64,000 nucleotides of DNA from Collinsella sp. (lineage in GTDB: Bacteria; Actinomycetota; Coriobacteriia; Coriobacteriales; Coriobacteriaceae), in NCBI GenBank assembly GCA_036426035.1, contig JAXJPE010000067.1, positions 11,726 through 75,725 on the forward strand. The letters are read 5' to 3'. Below, in pieces: positions 59,706 through 64,000 of the stretch. Each line of letters begins with the position of its first letter. Position 1 is the first letter of the stretch. Under the pieces are notes generated by a model. It saw only the letters and a program-made list of their open reading frames with translations. It made no database searches and was not told where the DNA came from. Made by a program: the position numbers and the translations under genes.

Positions 59706-60782
59706 TTACGAATAGACGATGGTAAAGGGCTCTTTCGCTTCGGTCTCCCCTGTTGATGTATACCTCACAATTTCAAGGGTTACCGAGACAACTTGATCGA
59801 CATCAATCAACTTCGTTGGCACCCAGATGTTCTCTCCGCTATTGCGCCCATAAGAAAAATATAAGTTGAACACCCCTGCGTCGTCATCTTCGATAATCTG
59901 CTCCGATCCATCCTTGTAGCTGACGGTCAGCTTATTATCAACTGCTTCATAGCCCAAATCATCGATGTGCGTCTGGATGGAAAACGGGCTAATCTCAAGA
60001 GGCGAGTCACCGGAGCGGAGTTCCTTTGTATCGACGTATGTTCCAATATTGAACTCGGGTGTCGACGCCTCAAACCTCCTCGCACTCTCACCTTCACCCT
60101 CGGTCCAATGGATATTCCAGGTGACAGCATGTTGCAAATCTCGCTCGCGATCCATAGCGGCAAAGTACATCGTGCCATTAATGACAGTATCGCTTGATGT
60201 GTCCTTATCAATTGTGCTGCGCGTGTCAGGCCATTCCTCGCCGAACTTCATATCGGGCGTGCCGATGCCCTGCTCTTCTTCACCATAGAGAACAAGTTCG
60301 CCAATCTCTGCTGCTGGCTTGTAGTAGTTAACTCCATTTGGATTGGACAACGTAAACGTCACGGCTCCGCAGCCGTTTTGGTCGATTGCCATCTCATGGA
60401 TATCAAGCGTATAGCCGTTGCCCTCGACGGACAGATTAACCTCCTGGACTGCGCCTTCCAGGCTTTGGGGCGCGATGCCATCGCCAAACTCTCTGGTGTA
60501 GGTATATTTAGTTCCCGATGAGCCGCCGTTGGTCCAGGTAATGGAATCCCCGTTGCCGTGGTTTCCCCAGGCAGAGGCAAAATAGCTGGAATTGACGACG
60601 GCGTAGGCGACCCCTCCGGTCGCCAGCACTCCGGCAAGGCATCCGATCACGGCAACATACAGAGGCTTCGCGTGACCCTTTCGGCGAAGCGGCTCACCAG
60701 CAGCGGCATAAAGAACACGGTCAGCAAGATCGCTATCGGCTTGGACGGACTCGAAGGCCTGCTTGATTTGATTGGATTTCAC
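59706..60782 (-). CDS. Putative membrane-anchored anti-sigma factor with large extracytoplasmic domain
   Basis: Short N-terminus, TM helix LYVAVIGCLAGVLATGGVAYA, overlaps 3' end of ECF sigma gene. Confidence 0.7.
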   Translation of the reverse strand: MKSNQIKQAFESVQADSDLADRVLYAAAGEPLRRKGHAKPLYVAVIGCLAGVLATGGVAYAVVNSSYFASAWGNHGNGDSITWTNGGSSGTKYTYTREFGDGIAPQSLEGAVQEVNLSVEGNGYTLDIHEMAIDQNGCGAVTFTLSNPNGVNYYKPAAEIGELVLYGEEEQGIGTPDMKFGEEWPDTRSTIDKDTSSDTVINGTMYFAAMDRERDLQHAVTWNIHWTEGEGESARRFEASTPEFNIGTYVDTKELRSGDSPLEISPFSIQTHIDDLGYEAVDNKLTVSYKDGSEQIIEDDDAGVFNLYFSYGRNSGENIWVPTKLIDVDQVVSVTLEIVRYTSTGETEAKEPFTIVYS

Positions 60783-61251
60783 GGTCGCCCTCCTCTAGGA
60801 TGAACTTGAGCTTCGATCTGCCGCGAGCCAAACGCGTTCGAACAGTCGCGGCTGGCACATGCAATAACTCGGCAATCTCTGAGGTCGAAAAGCCCAGATA
60901 GTAATAGAGCATGATGGGAACACGGAATCGTTCCGGAAGTCGCATAACGTCTGACAGGACCGCCTTGGTCTCCTCCTGCGCCGTCGAAAGCGAATCGGCC
61001 AGGTTCTCAATATCCTCCACACGCCTCCATGGCTTTCGAAAGAGAGATTTGCATTCATTGATCGTGACCCGGATAAGCCATCGACGAAGATGTTCCCAGC
61101 TTTCAAATTGCGCATCGCTTTTGAGTAACTTCAGAAAGACGTCTTGAGCGACATCGTCGGCATCGGCACGATCGCGCAGATACGTCAATGCGATTCGAAA
61201 CACGACATCTCTGTGATCTTCAACCGCCTGTCTAAATGCTTGTTCTTCCAT
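60733..61251 (-). CDS. ECF RNA polymerase sigma-70 factor
   Basis: DADDVAQDVFLK, WLIRVTIN, EIAELL..TVRTRLARGR; GGAGGTG RBS. Confidence 0.93.
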   Translation of the reverse strand: MEEQAFRQAVEDHRDVVFRIALTYLRDRADADDVAQDVFLKLLKSDAQFESWEHLRRWLIRVTINECKSLFRKPWRRVEDIENLADSLSTAQEETKAVLSDVMRLPERFRVPIMLYYYLGFSTSEIAELLHVPAATVRTRLARGRSKLKFILEEGDREIQSNQAGLRVRPSR

Positions 61252-61341
61252 AATCACCTCCCGGTGACGTTAATGATTCTTGATGAGGCCCTCACCATAG
61301 ATACGCTCTTGCCGGACGAAATGTTTCAAATTCAAGCAGGA

Positions 61342-61379
61342 AAAACCTACCAAAATAAACCTGTCCCTTTTTGGCAGGT
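61342..61379. repeat. REP-like element, inverted partner of 59550-59587
   Basis: aaaacctaccaaaataaacctgtccctttttggcaggt. Confidence 0.85.
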
Positions 61380-61389
61380 TTTCTTCAGC

Positions 61390-61426
61390 AAAAAAGGCCC
61401 GCTCCCCTGTTGGGAAGCGAGCCTTT
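61390..61426 (-). terminator. Intrinsic terminator after rpoC
   Basis: aaaaaaggcccgctccc...gggaagcgagccttt. Confidence 0.7.
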
Positions 61427-61452
61427 ATAAGGGCGGTTAACGTACTAGGAAA

Positions 61453-64000
61453 TTACTCCTCGTCGTTGTCCTTGGCCTCTTCGGCGTCGTCGGTGTCCAC
61501 GAGCTGGTTGAGCAGCTCGTCGAGGGACGCCATGTCCTCGTTGATGGCACCGTTGGCGGGAGCCTTCTTGTCGTCGATCGGGGCGCCCAGGAGCTCCTCG
61601 TCGGCGTCGGCGTGATGCGTCGGAGCGGAGGTACCCAGCAGGATATCGTCCGGACCGTCGGGGCTAAAGACCATCTGCAGCAGCTGCGAGAGGTCTTCCT
61701 CGTCGGCAACGTCGTCGTTGTTCTCGAGGATGTAGAGCAGATCGTGGGCCTCCAGGCCGTCACGGAGCTCCTCGATTGCCTTGGCACCGATGCCATCGAT
61801 GCGCAGCAGATCCTCCTCGGACTTACCGACCAGGTCGCCGACCGTCTCGATGCCGACCTCGCTGAACTTGTTGGTCCAGCGCTGCGACACGCCCAGGTCG
61901 TCGAACAGGTACAGGCGAGCCTTCTCGGCGGAGATGGTGTGGCCGTTGCGGGTGAACGAACCGTCAGCACCACCGAACTCGTCGTAGCCGGCCCAGTCAA
62001 GCTGCTGCGGGAGCTGCTCGTCCAGGTCCTTGAGCTCAACCGGAGCCCACTCGGGCAGCGACTTGGCGTTGGGCGAAGCCGGGCCGTCGATGTCCACGTA
62101 GCCGTCGGCCGTGCGATACGTCAGCTTGGCGTTGGCGTACGGCTTGAGGCCGGTACCAGCCGGGATCTTCTTACCGACGATGACGTTGGACTTAAGGTCG
62201 AGCAGGTGATCGACCTTGCCCTCGATGGCAGCCTCGGTAAGGACGCCGGCGGTACGGATGAACGAAGCGCTCGACAGCCAGGAGTCGATGTTGGACGCGA
62301 CCTTGAGCGTACCCAGGATGACGGGCTCGGCCACGGGAGCCTGACCGCCCAGACGGGCAACGCGCTCGACCTCGTCGGCAAACTCGTAGCGGTCGACGTA
62401 CTGACCAAGCAGGTACTTGGAGTCGCCGGGGTTGGTGATCTGAACGCGACGCAGCATCTGACGTGCGAGCACCTCGATGTGCTTGTCGTTCAGGTCGACG
62501 CCCTGGCTGGTGTAGACGTCCTTGACGCTCTCGACGAAGGTGTGCATCGTCGACTCGATGTCGGTCAGCTTGCGCAGGTTGCGGAAGTTGACGAAGCCCT
62601 TGGTGATCTGGTCGCCGGCGCGAACCTCGCAGCCGTCCTCGATCTCGGGCATAAAGCGCACCGAAGCGGGAACGCGACGCTCGTCGAGGACACGGGTGTG
62701 ATCCTCGGAGTCGGTGAGCGTCAGCACGTACTCGGACTTCTCGGGCTTAATCGAGAGGTGGCCGGAGTACGGAGCTAGCTCGGCCTCGCGACCCAGAATC
62801 TTCTCGTTGACGTTGCCGACGATATCGAACATACGGCTGACCGTAGGCAGACCCTGCGTAATATCGTCGACGCCAGCGACGCCGCCGGAGTGAATGGTAC
62901 GCATCGTAAGCTGCGTACCGGGCTCGCCGATGGACTGGGCGGCAATAATGCCGACCGCGGTACCGATGGCGACCGGACGACGGGTGGAAAGATCCCAGCC
63001 GTAGCACTTCTGGCACACGCCGTACTTGGAGCGGCAGGTGAGCAGCGCGCGAAGCTTGACCTTCTTGAGGCCCGCATCGACCATCTTCTGGATGTCGGCG
63101 ACCTTCTCGATGTAGCCGTCCTGCTCAAAGAGCACGGTGCCATCGGGAGCCACGACGTCCTCAATGAAGCAACGGCCAACGAGGTCGGTGTTGAGGTCGG
63201 TGGTGCCGGGGATGATGAGGTTGTAGGTGACGCCCTCGTGCGTACCGCAGTCCTCCTCGCGGACGATGACGTCCTGGGCCACGTCGACCAGACGACGGGT
63301 CAGGTAACCAGAGTCCGAGGTGTGGGATGCGGTATCGACCAGGCCCTTACGGGCGCCGTAGGTCGAAATGAAGTACTCGAGCGGCAGCAGGCCCTCGCGG
63401 AAGTTCGCCTTAATGGGAAGGTCGATCGTCTCGCCGGACATGTCTGCCATCAGGCCACGCATGCCGCCGAGCTGACGCAGCTGGGTCTTAGAACCACGGG
63501 CGCCGGAGTCGGCCATCATGTACAGCGGGTTCTCCTCGTCGAACATGTCGAGCATGAGCGCTGCGACCTTGTCGGTACAAGCGGTCCACTCGTTAACGAC
63601 TTCGATGTGGCGCTCCGTCTCGTTGATGAAGCCCTCCTCGAAGTACTCGTTGATCTGGTCGACGTTGGCCTGGGCGCGGTCGAGCAGCTCCTGCTTCTCG
63701 GCAGGCATGAGAGCGTCCCACACCGAGATGGTGAGGCCGGCGCGGGTAGCGTAGTGGAAGCCGGAGTACTTGATGGCGTCGAGGATCGGGCCGACCTTGG
63801 CCTCGGGGTAACGATCGCAGCAGTCCGCAACCAGCTTGGCCACGTCGCCCTTGACCATCTTGTAGTTCATGAACTCATAGTCTTCGGGCAGGCACTGGCG
63901 GTTGAAGATGATGCGGCCGATGGAGGTCTCGAAGCGCGCGGTCTTGTTGCCGGTGACGTCGTAGTCGACAAACTCGTTCTTGCCGTTCTTGACGCGGAAG
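61453..64000 (-). CDS. rpoC: RNA polymerase beta' subunit (3' part; 5' end outside window) with C-terminal extension
   Basis: [48 protein letters not shown]. Confidence 0.97.
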   Translation of the reverse strand, partial: FRVKNGKNEFVDYDVTGNKTARFETSIGRIIFNRQCLPEDYEFMNYKMVKGDVAKLVADCCDRYPEAKVGPILDAIKYSGFHYATRAGLTISVWDALMPAEKQELLDRAQANVDQINEYFEEGFINETERHIEVVNEWTACTDKVAALMLDMFDEENPLYMMADSGARGSKTQLRQLGGMRGLMADMSGETIDLPIKANFREGLLPLEYFISTYGARKGLVDTASHTSDSGYLTRRLVDVAQDVIVREEDCGTHEGVTYNLIIPGTTDLNTDLVGRCFIEDVVAPDGTVLFEQDGYIEKVADIQKMVDAGLKKVKLRALLTCRSKYGVCQKCYGWDLSTRRPVAIGTAVGIIAAQSIGEPGTQLTMRTIHSGGVAGVDDITQGLPTVSRMFDIVGNVNEKILGREAELAPYSGHLSIKPEKSEYVLTLTDSEDHTRVLDERRVPASVRFMPEIEDGCEVRAGDQITKGFVNFRNLRKLTDIESTMHTFVESVKDVYTSQGVDLNDKHIEVLARQMLRRVQITNPGDSKYLLGQYVDRYEFADEVERVARLGGQAPVAEPVILGTLKVASNIDSWLSSASFIRTAGVLTEAAIEGKVDHLLDLKSNVIVGKKIPAGTGLKPYANAKLTYRTADGYVDIDGPASPNAKSLPEWAPVELKDLDEQLPQQLDWAGYDEFGGADGSFTRNGHTISAEKARLYLFDDLGVSQRWTNKFSEVGIETVGDLVGKSEEDLLRIDGIGAKAIEELRDGLEAHDLLYILENNDDVADEEDLSQLLQMVFSPDGPDDILLGTSAPTHHADADEELLGAPIDDKKAPANGAINEDMASLDELLNQLVDTDDAEEAKDNDEE

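Noticed and set aside
1..64000. tRNA, rRNA, integrase, transposase or prophage genes
   Set aside because: None recognisable by eye or in the ORF track.

Overview
High-GC window from a gut Coriobacteriia genome (Collinsella-like; inferred from GC content, gene content and protein style). The backbone is the minus-strand rpoC-str-S10-spc ribosomal region. It is broken by a ~33.6 kb block between rplX and rplE and a ~13.9 kb block between rpsJ and rplC, and tuf is missing after fusA. The larger block holds a selenium-dependent molybdenum hydroxylase / anaerobic purine (urate) degradation cluster (xdhC-like, yqeB, yqeC, hydA, mocA-like, ygeW, ygeY, dpaL, xdh, ferredoxin, ygfK, ssnA, NCS2 permease, RidA-family gene, two YheO regulators). 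That cluster is itself split by a ~6 kb accessory island. The smaller block holds a FASII/ACC operon with birA. Main observations: (1) an AbiEi-like/Vsr-DUF559-like nuclease gene bracketed by 62-bp-period arrays of alternating inverted 14-mers with fixed-length variable spacers, plus a second array of the same design with a different motif; (2) a candidate type I toxin-antitoxin locus (41-aa peptide, convergent antisense RNA, nearby LexA-like box); (3) a compact SAM-I-like riboswitch in front of a protein of unknown function; (4) an alpha-CTD-like domain fused to the C-terminus of RpoC; (5) several dispersed palindromic repeat families. All calls were made by eye; no database searches were run.
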